Shown here piece by piece: positions 40,037-49,693 of a stretch of 64,000 bases of DNA; position 1 is the stretch's first letter, and the number at the start of each line of letters is the position of its first letter. The notes below the pieces were generated by a model. The model had not been told where the DNA came from, did not search any database, and saw nothing but the letters and a program-made list of their open reading frames with translations. A program made the position numbers and the translations under genes. The DNA is taken from contig NZ_JAKDKW010000003.1 of assembly GCF_030453185.1 (NCBI RefSeq), positions 4,375 through 68,374 of the forward strand, written 5' to 3'. This DNA is from Yaniella sp. (lineage in GTDB: Bacteria > Actinomycetota > Actinomycetes > Actinomycetales > Micrococcaceae).

Positions 40037-41344
40037 TTGTTCAGCGCGATAGCCAGGGTTTTAAAGACCCCAGATCTGCGGACCAAGATCCTGTTTACAC
40101 TTGGTATTATCACCATCTACCGCATTGGTGTATTCATTCCAGCGCCCAGTGTCGACTACGGTAACGTCCAGATGTGTCTGGCCCAGGGGGATACCTCCGG
40201 GGGCCTGTACTCGTTTGTGAACATGTTCTCAGGTGGTGCTCTACTCCAAGTCTCCATCTTCGCGCTCGGTATCATGCCGTACATCACCGCAGCCATCATC
40301 ACGCAGCTGTTGCGCGTGGTCATTCCAGCCTTTGAGCGTCTTCAAAAAGAAGGCCCAGAGGGTCAAGCTCGTCTTACCCAGTACACGCGGTACCTGACGG
40401 TTGGGCTAGCTCTGCTCAACGCAACCACTATCGCCACCTTGGCTCGTTCCGGTGCACTGTTGAACTGTAACCAGTCCTTGCTGAACAGCGATGGCATCTG
40501 GGCCACCCTGCTGCTTGTGATGACGCTGGCTATGGGCGCCATAGTCATTATGTGGATGGGTGAACAGATCACCGAGCGCGGTGTTGGTAACGGTATGTCA
40601 TTGATGATCTTCGTATCCATCGCAGCTGGTTTCCCTGCCGGCCTCGGCGCTATCTGGCAGACTCAGGGCTGGCGCACGTTCGCACTGGTCATGGTTATTG
40701 GTATTGCGGTAATGATGCTGATCGTCTTCGTGGAAGATTCACAGCGTCGCGTCCCCGTACAATATGCGCGCCGACAGATTGGGCGACGAACCGTAGGCTC
40801 AACGACTACCTACATCCCAATCAAGGTCAACATGGCCGGGGTCATCCCGGTGATCTTCGCGTCCTCGATTTTGATGCTGCCGCAGATTCTGATCCAGTTC
40901 AATATGCCAACTGATGGTTCGGAGCCAGCCGGATGGGTTGTCTTCATGCAGCAGTACTTCGGTAGTGGATCACATCCGGTCTATATGGCCACGTTCTTCT
41001 TGATGACCATTTGCTTCACGTACTTCTACGTGACGATTACCTTCAACCCGCAGGACGTGTCTGACAATATGAAACGCCAGGGCGGGTTCATTCCAGGCGT
41101 GCGTGCGGGTCGCCCAACCGTGCAGTATCTCGAATACGTGATCTCACGGGTGACTTTCGTCGGTGCCCTGTACCTGGGCATGATCGCTATGCTCCCGCTG
41201 ATCGCGTTCGTACTGATCGGTGCCGATGAGAACTTCCCGTTCGGCGGTACATCTATTCTCATTATGGTTGGTGTCGCATTGAACACCATCAAGCAGATCG
41301 ACGCACAGATGGAACAGCGCCATTACGAAGGTTTGCTCCGGTAA
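40037..41344 (+). CDS. secY: preprotein translocase subunit SecY
   Basis: LFSAIARVLKTPDLRTKILFTLGIITIYRIG... with 10 TM segments. I place the start at TTG 40037, after AGGAGGA. The ORF-track start at 39968 is probably an over-extension. Confidence 0.95.
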   Translation: MFSAIARVLKTPDLRTKILFTLGIITIYRIGVFIPAPSVDYGNVQMCLAQGDTSGGLYSFVNMFSGGALLQVSIFALGIMPYITAAIITQLLRVVIPAFERLQKEGPEGQARLTQYTRYLTVGLALLNATTIATLARSGALLNCNQSLLNSDGIWATLLLVMTLAMGAIVIMWMGEQITERGVGNGMSLMIFVSIAAGFPAGLGAIWQTQGWRTFALVMVIGIAVMMLIVFVEDSQRRVPVQYARRQIGRRTVGSTTTYIPIKVNMAGVIPVIFASSILMLPQILIQFNMPTDGSEPAGWVVFMQQYFGSGSHPVYMATFFLMTICFTYFYVTITFNPQDVSDNMKRQGGFIPGVRAGRPTVQYLEYVISRVTFVGALYLGMIAMLPLIAFVLIGADENFPFGGTSILIMVGVALNTIKQIDAQMEQRHYEGLLR

Positions 41345-41390
41345 GCTGTTTCCAGAACCACACGTTTCCCTAGCAAGGACAGGACAAAAT

Positions 41391-42008
41391 ATGACTCGTT
41401 TGCTCATCATGGGCCCTCCGGGGTCGGGTAAGGGCACCCAGGCAGTGCGTATTGCCGACAAGATGGCCATCCCGGCTATCTCCACCGGAGACATTTTCCG
41501 TTATAACGTCAAAGAGCTCACTGAGCTCGGCAGAGAAGCTAAGTCCTACATCGATTCCGGAAACTTCGTACCGGACGATGTGACCAACCGTATGGTTGCA
41601 GACCGGCTCAACCAGAGCGACGTCGCCCACGGGTTTCTCCTGGACGGTTACCCACGCACATCGGGCCAGGTGGAAGCACTGTCCGAAATGCTGCAAAATC
41701 AAGGTGAAATCCTCACCGCCGTGCTCGTGCTTGAAGTTCCGGATGAGGAAATCGTCGAACGACTCTTGGCGCGCGCTGAAACCGAAGGACGCTCGGATGA
41801 TACCGAAGAAGTCATCAAACGTCGTCTTGAGCTCTACCATCAAGAGACCTCGGATCTTATTGAGGCCTACCTTGAACTGGGCATTGTAGGACGCGTTGAC
41901 GGAACCGGTGCGATCGACGACATCACCGAACGTCTACTGCAGACCATCTACAATATTCGCGCACGCACCGGCACACTGCCAGCCGTCAAGCCGCGCAACG
42001 AAAAATAG
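41391..42008 (+). CDS. adk: adenylate kinase
   Basis: P-loop MGPPGSGKGTQA. The LID region lacks the Zn cysteines. 205 aa. Confidence 0.97.
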   Translation: MTRLLIMGPPGSGKGTQAVRIADKMAIPAISTGDIFRYNVKELTELGREAKSYIDSGNFVPDDVTNRMVADRLNQSDVAHGFLLDGYPRTSGQVEALSEMLQNQGEILTAVLVLEVPDEEIVERLLARAETEGRSDDTEEVIKRRLELYHQETSDLIEAYLELGIVGRVDGTGAIDDITERLLQTIYNIRARTGTLPAVKPRNEK

Positions 42009-42023
42009 ATAACTAGAGCGTTT

Positions 42024-42058
42024 GAAAAACCGATCCACGAAAAGTGGGTCGGTTTTTC
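42024..42058 (+). terminator. rho-independent terminator after adk
   Basis: GAAAAACCGATCCAC pairs with GTGGGTCGGTTTTTC (one G-U pair) around loop GAAAA, and the T-run is included in the stem. Confidence 0.75.
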
Positions 42059-42198
42059 GTTGGCCGAAGGAAGAACACTTTCTAGAAACTGGTCCTAGAG
42101 CCCGCCGACACGCTACGCTGGAAAACTGTTCAATATCGCTGGTCGCAGCCCACCTCAGAGTCGGCGTGACCTACGGGTTGCAAGGGGTATCACCACAT

Positions 42199-43023
42199 AT
42201 GTCACGTCAGATCGAACTCAAAACCAACGCCCAAATGGCTAAGATGCATGAGGCTGGCCTCATCTTGCACCAGGGTCTAGACGCCGTCGTAGCTGCTGCC
42301 AAACCAGGCGCAACCACTAACGACCTCGACCAGGTTTTTCGCAAAGTATTGGCTGATAATGGCGCCACATCGAACTTTTTAGGCTACTACGGTTTTCCCG
42401 CGACCATTTGTGCATCGGTCAACGACGAAGTGGTCCATGGCATTCCAGGGGATAGTGTCCTGCAGGATGGCGACATCATCTCCGTGGATGCTGGGGCCAT
42501 CATTGATGGCTGGCACTCGGATTCAGCGCGCACGGTTTTTGTGGGCGATGTGACACCAGAGGATCAACGGTTATCTGCGATTACCGAGGATGCTATGTGG
42601 GCCGGTATCGCGGCCTATGCCACAGCAAAACACGTGGGTGAAATTGGTAATGCGATCGAAGACTACGTTCGTGGTCAAGACGGTGACCACCTCGGGATCC
42701 TCGAAGATTACGTTGGACACGGTATCGGGTCAGCTATGCATCAGGCACCCGATGTTTTCAACTACCGGTCAGGCATGCGAGGACCAAGGATTAAAGCAGG
42801 CATGGTATTAGCCATTGAACCAATGCTGGTTCGCGGCGATATCGCTACCAAGACTCTGAGTGACGACTGGACCGTTGTGACCGTTGACGGTGCTAATGCA
42901 TCACAATGGGAGCACTCGGTCGCTCGCCATAAAGAGGGCATTTGGGTTATCACTTCACCTGATGGGGGAGCAGCCCAGCTCGAACGTTTCGGTGTCGTGC
43001 CGGTCCCAATCCCACAAAAATAA
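42199..43023 (+). CDS. map: type I methionine aminopeptidase
   Basis: MSRQIELKTNAQMAKMHEAG... with the metal ligands in VVHGIPG, ISVDAG, DSARTV, VGHGIG and IEPM. The ORF-track N-terminal extension (42022-42198) contains the adk terminator. Confidence 0.95.
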   Translation: MSRQIELKTNAQMAKMHEAGLILHQGLDAVVAAAKPGATTNDLDQVFRKVLADNGATSNFLGYYGFPATICASVNDEVVHGIPGDSVLQDGDIISVDAGAIIDGWHSDSARTVFVGDVTPEDQRLSAITEDAMWAGIAAYATAKHVGEIGNAIEDYVRGQDGDHLGILEDYVGHGIGSAMHQAPDVFNYRSGMRGPRIKAGMVLAIEPMLVRGDIATKTLSDDWTVVTVDGANASQWEHSVARHKEGIWVITSPDGGAAQLERFGVVPVPIPQK

Positions 43024-43221
43024 GTCACTGTCAACACTATTTGGCTTTGTTTGCAAAGATGCGCTAACATAGTATCTTGGCTGTTTCTGCCTTTAAGATT
43101 GTTGGTGCGCCCGATAATCTCCGGTCGAGGCCGAAGTCAGCGCATACACTCATGCTTTTGCTTTCGACTCTATCGCCGTGCGATCTAGTTGGATAGCCGA
43201 AGACAACAGATTGTGGAGGAC

Positions 43222-43443
43222 ATGGCTAAAAAAGAAGGCGTCATTGAAGTTGAAGGAACCGTTTCTGAGGCATTGCCGAACGCAATGTTCCGGGTTCGGT
43301 TAGATAACGACCACGTCGTACTTGCCACCATATCGGGCAAAATGCGTCAGCACTATATTCGCATTCTGCCTGAAGACCGTGTGGTGGTTGAACTTAGCCC
43401 ATACGACCTTGAACGAGGCCGTATTGTCTACCGCTATAAATAA
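43222..43443 (+). CDS. infA: translation initiation factor IF-1
   Basis: [42 protein letters not shown]... 73 aa, with the SD GGAGGA upstream. Confidence 0.97.
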   Translation: MAKKEGVIEVEGTVSEALPNAMFRVRLDNDHVVLATISGKMRQHYIRILPEDRVVVELSPYDLERGRIVYRYK

Positions 43444-43481
43444 ATAACTATCCACCTCTGGAACGCTCAAGGAGGAACCCT

Positions 43482-43595
43482 GTGAAGGTTCAGCCAAGCG
43501 TGAAGCGGATCTGCGAAGCCTGCAAGGTCATTCGCCGCCATGGCCACGTCATGGTGATCTGCTCTAACCCACGCCACAAACAGCGTCAGGGCTAA
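43482..43595 (+). CDS. rpmJ: 50S ribosomal protein L36 (Cys-containing, zinc-ribbon C+ form)
   Basis: My own translation gives [37 protein letters not shown] (37 aa). The ORF is below the 60-aa cutoff of the ORF track. GGAGGA lies 6 nt upstream of the GTG. Confidence 0.93.
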   Translation: MKVQPSVKRICEACKVIRRHGHVMVICSNPRHKQRQG

Positions 43596-43818
43596 GCCCT
43601 AACGCGTAAGACATTGGCCCAGTACCGGGCCGCAGCAACACAGAGTGCAAAACTCAACCTTCGGACAAGACAAAGGCCGAAGACTTACCCGCTGATGGGA
43701 ACTGTGTATGGATGTGTCGAGTTCTTCATATCCACCACAGTTCTTCGCAGCACGTTGAATTTCCGGGTAAGGACGTGTTGGTGAAGACCTTTGTCATAAA
43801 GAACAGGAGAACGGCCAT

Positions 43819-44187
43819 ATGGCACGTCTAGCAGGCGTTGATATTCCACGTGAAAAGCGTGTCGTCATCGCTCTCACCTACATTTACGGTGTTGGCAACA
43901 GCCGCGCAGTCCAGGTTTTGGACGAGACCGGCATTGACGCAAATACCCGCGTCAAAGATCTTTCGGATGACGAAATGGTGAAGCTGCGCGACTACATTGA
44001 GGGCAACCTTCAGGTCGAAGGCGATCTTCGCCGTGAAGTTGCAGCAGACATTCGTCGCAAAGTTGAAATTGGTTCCTACCAGGGCCTGCGCCACCGTCGT
44101 GGTTTGCCAGTCCGCGGACAGCGCACCAAAAATAACGCACGTACCCGTAAGGGCCCGAAGAAGACTGTTGCTGGACGCAAGAAGTAA
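43819..44187 (+). CDS. rpsM: 30S ribosomal protein S13
   Basis: [26 protein letters not shown]... Confidence 0.98.
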   Translation: MARLAGVDIPREKRVVIALTYIYGVGNSRAVQVLDETGIDANTRVKDLSDDEMVKLRDYIEGNLQVEGDLRREVAADIRRKVEIGSYQGLRHRRGLPVRGQRTKNNARTRKGPKKTVAGRKK

Positions 44188-44244
44188 CGACTTCCCGTCC
44201 CACTCAGTATTTGATAAACCAAGCTTTTTGTAGGAGAGCATTCT

Positions 44245-44643
44245 ATGGCAAAGGCACGCGGTGCGGCCCCTCGTAAGGGACGTCGCTCCAAGAAGAACAT
44301 AAGTCAGGGCGAAGCCCACATTAAATCAACCTTCAACAACACCATCGTTTCCATCACCGATACCACCGGTGCTGTGATCTCCTGGGCATCAGCCGGAGAG
44401 ATGGGGTTCAAAGGTTCCCGTAAATCTACCCCGTTTGCTGCTCAAACCGCGGCTGAACATGCTGCTAAGCGCGCCCAAGAACACGGCATGCGCAAAGTAG
44501 ACGTCTTCGTCAAAGGGCCAGGTTCTGGACGCGAAACCGCGATCCGTTCATTGCAGGCTGCCGGCCTGGAAGTTGGCTCCATTCAAGACGTCACCCCGGT
44601 TGCACACAACGGTGCACGCCCGGCCAAGCGTCGTCGCGTCTAA
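44245..44643 (+). CDS. rpsK: 30S ribosomal protein S11
   Basis: ...[46 protein letters not shown]... Confidence 0.98.
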   Translation: MAKARGAAPRKGRRSKKNISQGEAHIKSTFNNTIVSITDTTGAVISWASAGEMGFKGSRKSTPFAAQTAAEHAAKRAQEHGMRKVDVFVKGPGSGRETAIRSLQAAGLEVGSIQDVTPVAHNGARPAKRRRV

Positions 44644-44656
44644 GGCTTTTTGAGCA

Positions 44657-44700
44657 CCCCACAACCGTTGTGGGACAGCCATGTTCTACAACGGTTGTGG
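44657..44700 (+). repeat. nested inverted repeat in the rpsK-rpoA spacer
   Basis: CCCCACAACCGTTGTGGG (44657-74) is self-complementary. It is also near-perfectly complementary to CTACAACGGTTGTGG (44686-700). AAAACCC follows rather than a T-run. Confidence 0.6.
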
Positions 44701-44781
44701 AAAACCCTAAGAAACTAATTTCCATCGTTTCCCCCAACTGCGCGCATCAAATGGCGGATAGCGTGCCGAAAGGAAATGTCA

Positions 44782-45774
44782 GTGCTCATTGCACAGCGCC
44801 CCACGTTGACTGAAGAACCCGTTTCGGAAACCCGTTCCCGGTTCGTCATCGAACCACTGGAGCCGGGCTTCGGCTACACCCTTGGTAACTCACTGCGTCG
44901 TACACTGTTGTCATCGATCCCAGGTGCTTCTGTCACCTCGGTACGTATTGACCAGGTACTGCACGAGTTCACCACCATTCAGGGTGTAAAAGAAGACGTC
45001 ACCGAAGTCATCTTGAACGTCAAGCAAATCTCTGTGTCATCCCACCACGACGAACCAGTAGTTGCTTACCTGCGCAAGCAGGGTCCAGGTGTTGTCACTG
45101 CAGCCGATATCACCCCACCGGCAGGTGTAGAGGTCCACAACCCGGACCAGCACATCGCCACCCTCAACGAAAAAGGTAAGTTCGATATGGAACTCACCAT
45201 CGAGCGAGGCCGTGGGTATGTCACCGCTGCACAGAACAAATCACCAGACGCCGAGATCGGCCGCATCCCGGTTGACTCGATCTACTCACCAGTCATGGTT
45301 GTCACCTTCAAAGTCGATGCCACCCGTGTGGAGCAGCGCACCGACTTCGACAAGCTGACCATCGACGTTGAAACCAAACCTTCCATGGCACCACGCGATG
45401 CCCTGGCTTCGGCTGGTTCAACACTGGTGGAGCTCTTCGGGCTCGCCCGCGAACTCAACGTCGAAGCCGAAGGCATCGAGGTTGGCCCATCGCCGGTCGA
45501 CACAACCGTTGCAGCAGACCTTGCACTACCTGTAGAAGACCTAGAACTCACAGTACGGTCTTATAACTGCCTCAAACGTGAAGGCATTAACACCGTGGGC
45601 GAACTCGTCGCGCGTTCCGAAACAGACCTCATGGATATCCGAAACTTCGGAGCTAAATCCATTGATGAAGTCAAGGAAAAGCTCGTAGGTCTGGGCCTGT
45701 CCCTCAAAGACGGCGGCCCTGGCAGCTTCGACTCGCCTTTTGACTCCCAGGAGTCGGACGAGTACGGACTGTAA
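44782..45774 (+). CDS. rpoA: DNA-directed RNA polymerase subunit alpha
   Basis: (V)[47 protein letters not shown]... GTG 44782 has AAAGGA 7 nt upstream. ATG 44776 sits only 1 nt from that SD. Confidence 0.96.
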   Translation: MLIAQRPTLTEEPVSETRSRFVIEPLEPGFGYTLGNSLRRTLLSSIPGASVTSVRIDQVLHEFTTIQGVKEDVTEVILNVKQISVSSHHDEPVVAYLRKQGPGVVTAADITPPAGVEVHNPDQHIATLNEKGKFDMELTIERGRGYVTAAQNKSPDAEIGRIPVDSIYSPVMVVTFKVDATRVEQRTDFDKLTIDVETKPSMAPRDALASAGSTLVELFGLARELNVEAEGIEVGPSPVDTTVAADLALPVEDLELTVRSYNCLKREGINTVGELVARSETDLMDIRNFGAKSIDEVKEKLVGLGLSLKDGGPGSFDSPFDSQESDEYGL

Positions 45775-45833
45775 GTCAATTTGAACCACTGATACTTCGG
45801 CTGTAGCAGCCGAAGATCATACAAGGAGTATTC

Positions 45834-46352
45834 ATGCCAACCCCAACAAAAGGACCGCGCCTGGGTGGCGGACCGTCACACCAGCGTCACATGCTGGCTA
45901 ACCTGTCGGTGAGCCTCTTCGAGCACAAGTCCATTAAGACCACGCTAACCAAGGCCAAGCGCCTCCAGCCACACGCTGAGCGTCTCGTCAACTTTGCAAA
46001 ACAGGGTGACCTGACCGCTCGTCGTAAAGTGCAGGGCCTCATCGCCGGGAACTCGCGCACCAACAAATCTGTGGTGCACGAACTGTTCACCGTCATTGGC
46101 CCAGCCATGACAAACCGTGAAGGCGGCTACACCCGCATCACCAAGATCGGCAACCGCGCCGGTGACAACGCCCCTATGGCAGTCATCGAATTGGTCATGG
46201 AGCCCGTCTCACCAAAGCAGGCCGTCGTCAGCGAAGCTGAAGGCGTAGCCGGACATGCTGCAGACGAAGCACCAGCCGAAACAGCTGAAGAAACCGTAGA
46301 GACTCAAGAAGTCACCGAATCAGCCGAAAAGGCCGAAGAGGACGACAAATAA
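45834..46352 (+). CDS. rplQ: 50S ribosomal protein L17 (acidic C-terminal extension)
   Basis: [31 protein letters not shown]... The tail is ...[22 protein letters not shown]. Confidence 0.97.
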   Translation: MPTPTKGPRLGGGPSHQRHMLANLSVSLFEHKSIKTTLTKAKRLQPHAERLVNFAKQGDLTARRKVQGLIAGNSRTNKSVVHELFTVIGPAMTNREGGYTRITKIGNRAGDNAPMAVIELVMEPVSPKQAVVSEAEGVAGHAADEAPAETAEETVETQEVTESAEKAEEDDK

Positions 46353-46370
46353 GTCGTAGCTACGCGTAGC

Positions 46371-46410
46371 ATTCCGGCCCTGCACCACACGGTGTGGGGC
46401 CGGAATCATT
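46371..46410 (+). terminator. hairpin/terminator after rplQ
   Basis: ATTCCGGCCC (46371-80) pairs with GGGCCGGAAT (46397-406) and is followed by CATTT. It overlaps the spurious 5' extension of the truA ORF. Confidence 0.5.
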
Positions 46411-46423
46411 TAACCCGACTACC

Positions 46424-47296
46424 ATGAAAACTATGCACGACAACACCACCCACCGCATTCGGATAGACCTGGCCTACGACGGCACCCCGTACCACGGGTG
46501 GGCAACTCAACCGGGCCTGCCCACCGTCCAAGAAGCTGTCGAGACCGGCCTATCCACCATCTTCCGGCAACCGATCTCAGTCACCGTGGCAGGACGCACC
46601 GACGCGGGCGTCCACGCAGCCAATCAAGTCATACACTGTGAGGTAGATCAGCGGCGGTGGCAGAAACTTTCGGGCAACCGCGCATCGCGCTTGCCCCAAG
46701 AAGCCCTGGTTTCAAAACTCAACGGAGTCCTGGCCCGTGAGGCGGGTGCAATCCGCGTCCTGAAAGCCCAAATAGCACCCAGCGGTTTCGACGCAAGATT
46801 TTCGCCGCTGTCCAGGCAATATACGTATCGCATCAGCAATGGCGCACCGAACCCCTTGACCAGGCACTTCACATATCAGCACCGTAGACGACTGGATGTT
46901 GATGCGATGGCCGCTGAGATTGAACACGTCAGCGGGTTGTACGATTTTGGGTCCTTCTGCAAGCCACGCCCCGGTGCGACAACGGTCCGAACCCTCCACA
47001 GATTCGATCTGGAAATCACAGACGAGGTCATTGCGGTGTGGTTAGCGGCTGACGCATTTTGCCACCACATGGTCCGGGCGCTGGTTGGAGCGCTTCTGCA
47101 GGTGGGGGATGGGACACGACCACCTGGTTGGCTACGGGATCGCCTTACAAGCCCGGTGCGGGACTCGCATATGATGATCGCGCCGGCACACGGATTGATC
47201 CTGGACGAAGTCTTTTACCCCAGGGATGACCAGGTGGGGGACCGGGCTCAACAGACCCGGGCCCGGCGTGATCCTACGTGTGTGTCTTGCGACTGA
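46424..47296 (+). CDS. truA: tRNA pseudouridine(38-40) synthase
   Basis: RIRIDLAYDGTPYHGWATQPG...VAGRTDAGVHA (catalytic Asp). I place the start at ATG 46424, downstream of the rplQ hairpin. Confidence 0.93.
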   Translation: MKTMHDNTTHRIRIDLAYDGTPYHGWATQPGLPTVQEAVETGLSTIFRQPISVTVAGRTDAGVHAANQVIHCEVDQRRWQKLSGNRASRLPQEALVSKLNGVLAREAGAIRVLKAQIAPSGFDARFSPLSRQYTYRISNGAPNPLTRHFTYQHRRRLDVDAMAAEIEHVSGLYDFGSFCKPRPGATTVRTLHRFDLEITDEVIAVWLAADAFCHHMVRALVGALLQVGDGTRPPGWLRDRLTSPVRDSHMMIAPAHGLILDEVFYPRDDQVGDRAQQTRARRDPTCVSCD

Positions 47297-48176
47297 TCCG
47301 CTGAGCGGCATCGGTGATCACCGAAACTACCGCAGCGGTATTGGCGGTGTCTTGTTGCTGATCGGTCACCAGCTCCAAGCGGGAGGTCGGATGCGTTGAA
47401 ATTGGCTTCGTCACCACACCGGGGATCGAAAAAGACGAGAAAGAAGCCGGCAGGATAGATGCGCCAACACCCGCGGCTACCAAACCCATCACATTCTCTT
47501 GATTGATTGCCCGCTGTACGATGCGCGGTGAATGCCCCAGCGGGTGGAAGATCTCCATAATGTTGGTGACGTAGCCCGGCATGGACTGGTATGGGAACAA
47601 AACCAGCGGCATCTCTATGAGATCCTCTGGGGCGATTTCTGGCCGAGTCGCGAGTGCATCGCTAGCAGGCAGGACTGCAACCATCTGCTCGGTTAGTAGG
47701 GTGGTGAACTTCAGGCCGGCTTGAAGCGGGGCGTCCCGCATGATGCCGATGTCTAACCGATTTTCTAAGAGTGCTTCAACCTGTTCACCGGTGGCCATGG
47801 GATGGAGGTCCAGTTGGATGCCTGGATGTTGAAGCCGAACATCGCGCACACCTGCCGGAACAAGTTCATAGCTAGCAGACGAAACGAAGCCAACGCGTAC
47901 TCGACCACGTCGGCCAGCTTTGATTTCGCGGATATCCTCAACGGCCTCGTCGAGGTCCTGCAATATCGGACGAATGAGATCGCGGAAACGGCCGCCTTCA
48001 GAAGTGAGTGACACACGCCGTGAGGTGCGATGAAATAGTGAGACGCCCAGTTCCTCTTCGAGCCGTTTAATGTGTACGGTCAGTGGGGGCTGGGAAATAT
48101 GGAGGCGAGCTGCTGCTCGGCCGAAATGCAGTTCTTCTGCAACGGCCATGAAGTATTCCAGTTGGCGTAATTCCAC
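47274..48176 (-). CDS. LysR family transcriptional regulator
   Basis: (V)ELRQLEYFMAVAEELHFGRAAARLHISQPPLTVHIKRLEEELGVSLFHRTSRRV... The likely GTG start is at 48176; the ORF-track start at 48263 adds a non-homologous 29 aa. Its 3' end overlaps truA by 23 nt. Confidence 0.9.
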   Translation of the reverse strand: MELRQLEYFMAVAEELHFGRAAARLHISQPPLTVHIKRLEEELGVSLFHRTSRRVSLTSEGGRFRDLIRPILQDLDEAVEDIREIKAGRRGRVRVGFVSSASYELVPAGVRDVRLQHPGIQLDLHPMATGEQVEALLENRLDIGIMRDAPLQAGLKFTTLLTEQMVAVLPASDALATRPEIAPEDLIEMPLVLFPYQSMPGYVTNIMEIFHPLGHSPRIVQRAINQENVMGLVAAGVGASILPASFSSFSIPGVVTKPISTHPTSRLELVTDQQQDTANTAAVVSVITDAAQRISRKTHT

Positions 48177-48280
48177 GATGTATCCTTCTGGTCGGTACCA
48201 CGAGGAGCGACCAAAAATAACTCTAGCCCAGAAAAGTATGAACCGGTGGGTGGCAAAATCCATGACTTACCGTAATCGTT

Positions 48281-48309
48281 TTGCGATGCTAGGCGTTCCG
48301 TAGTATTAT
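48281..48309 (+). promoter_or_regulatory. candidate promoter for rplM-rpsI (TTGCGA-N17-TATTAT)
   Basis: This is a near-consensus -35/-10 pair with 17-nt spacing. It predicts a ~220-nt GC-rich leader. An ATCG-N5-CGAT dyad (48275-87) overlaps the -35. Confidence 0.45.
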
Positions 48310-48538
48310 GGGTAGCTGTTGTGCGTGTCCTCCCGGAACGCAAGCGCAGCAGGACCCGACACAGTTGCATTGTCGAAGGGTCGTTGCAGCACCGGGAAGA
48401 TCGGACCCGGCATCACGCCAGCCCTCACCTGGTGTACCGGAGATGCACCGTCAACTTAACAGCGATACCGCGTCGTTGCTTCTCACGACCACGCGACCCT
48501 TCGCTGACCGAACACCGACACACGAAGGCTAATACATA

Positions 48539-48982
48539 GTGCGTACGTTTACACCAACGCCAGACGACGTTGATCGTCAATGGCACGTCATTGACGCCAC
48601 CGATGTGGTGCTTGGACGTCTTGCCAGCCAGGTGGCAACGCTGCTGCGCGGCAAACACAAGCCCACTTTTGCACCTCACATGGACATGGGCGATTTCGTC
48701 ATCATTGTCAATGCTGAAAAAGTTGCTTTGACTGGCGCCAAGCTCGAAAAGAAGCAGGCTTACCGTCACTCCGGTTACCCGGGTGGCCTCACCTCAACCT
48801 CGTATGTTGAACTGCTGGAGAAAAACCCAGTTCACGCTGTTGAGAAGGCAATCAAAGGTATGCTGCCATCTAACCGCCTTGCTGACCAAATCTTTAAGAA
48901 ACTGAAGGTCTATGAAGGCACAGAACACCCACATGCTGCACAGCAGCCCAAAGAATTCGTTATCGATCAGGTTGCCCAGTAG
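48539..48982 (+). CDS. rplM: 50S ribosomal protein L13
   Basis: (M)[46 protein letters not shown]... with a GTG start. Confidence 0.98.
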   Translation: MRTFTPTPDDVDRQWHVIDATDVVLGRLASQVATLLRGKHKPTFAPHMDMGDFVIIVNAEKVALTGAKLEKKQAYRHSGYPGGLTSTSYVELLEKNPVHAVEKAIKGMLPSNRLADQIFKKLKVYEGTEHPHAAQQPKEFVIDQVAQ

Positions 48983-49010
48983 GGTCGCACTCTAAGTTCA
49001 AGGAGAACCC

Positions 49011-49508
49011 ATGACTGAAAACGTCAATGAGATCACTGAGGACCAGGAGCTGACCAGCTACACCTCGGAATCTGCCAATACCCCCGTCACCGAAGAAGTG
49101 ACCGAACGACCACCACTGACCCAGTCGGGTCAGGCTGTTGGTCGTCGCAAGCGCGCCATCGCCCGTGTCCGCCTGATCCCAGGTACCGGTTCATGGAAAA
49201 TCAATGGTCGCGACCTCGACACTTACTTCCCGAACAAACTGCACCAGCAGGAAGTCAACGACCCATTCCGTGTTCTTGAGCTGACCGGCGCATACGACGT
49301 CGTCGCTCTCGTGCACGGTGGCGGACCATCCGGCCAAGCCGGTGCCGTACGCCTCGGCGTTGCACGTGCGCTCAACGAGATTGATCGCGAAAATAACCGT
49401 GGACCGCTGAAAAAAGCAGGCTTCCTCACTCGCGATGCTCGCGCGGTAGAGCGGAAGAAAGCCGGCCTCAAGAAGGCCCGTAAGGCTCCGCAATACTCGA
49501 AGCGTTAA
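49011..49508 (+). CDS. rpsI: 30S ribosomal protein S9 (N-terminally extended)
   Basis: ...[24 protein letters not shown]...[12 protein letters not shown]. Confidence 0.98.
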   Translation: MTENVNEITEDQELTSYTSESANTPVTEEVTERPPLTQSGQAVGRRKRAIARVRLIPGTGSWKINGRDLDTYFPNKLHQQEVNDPFRVLELTGAYDVVALVHGGGPSGQAGAVRLGVARALNEIDRENNRGPLKKAGFLTRDARAVERKKAGLKKARKAPQYSKR

Positions 49509-49524
49509 TTCGCCAACAGTTCTC

Positions 49525-49563
49525 AAAACATCCGCCAGCGTTATGTTGGCGGATGTTTTGTTT
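49525..49563 (+). terminator. rho-independent terminator after rpsI
   Basis: A perfect 13-bp stem joins AAAACATCCGCCA and TGGCGGATGTTTT. The loop is 9 nt and GTTT follows. Confidence 0.85.
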
Positions 49564-49693
49564 AACACAGCGGCCGCATGGGCGTTCCGGTCGTCCTTAG
49601 CGAGAACAGGCCATGTCACCCAGACGCCCGTCACGATACCATCGGAAGAACAGCAGAACAGAACTGTATCCGGCTAAGGGGCGTGACGCGAAG

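Noticed and set aside
42022-42198. 59-codon N-terminal extension of the map ORF
   Set aside because: It begins inside the adk terminator hairpin. Methionine aminopeptidase homology starts at MSRQIELK (42199).
48308-48539. Two ORFs (74 and 72 aa) in the rplM leader
   Set aside because: They are Arg/His/Pro-rich off-frame-type products. One runs straight into the rplM start. I interpret the region as a structured 5' UTR instead.
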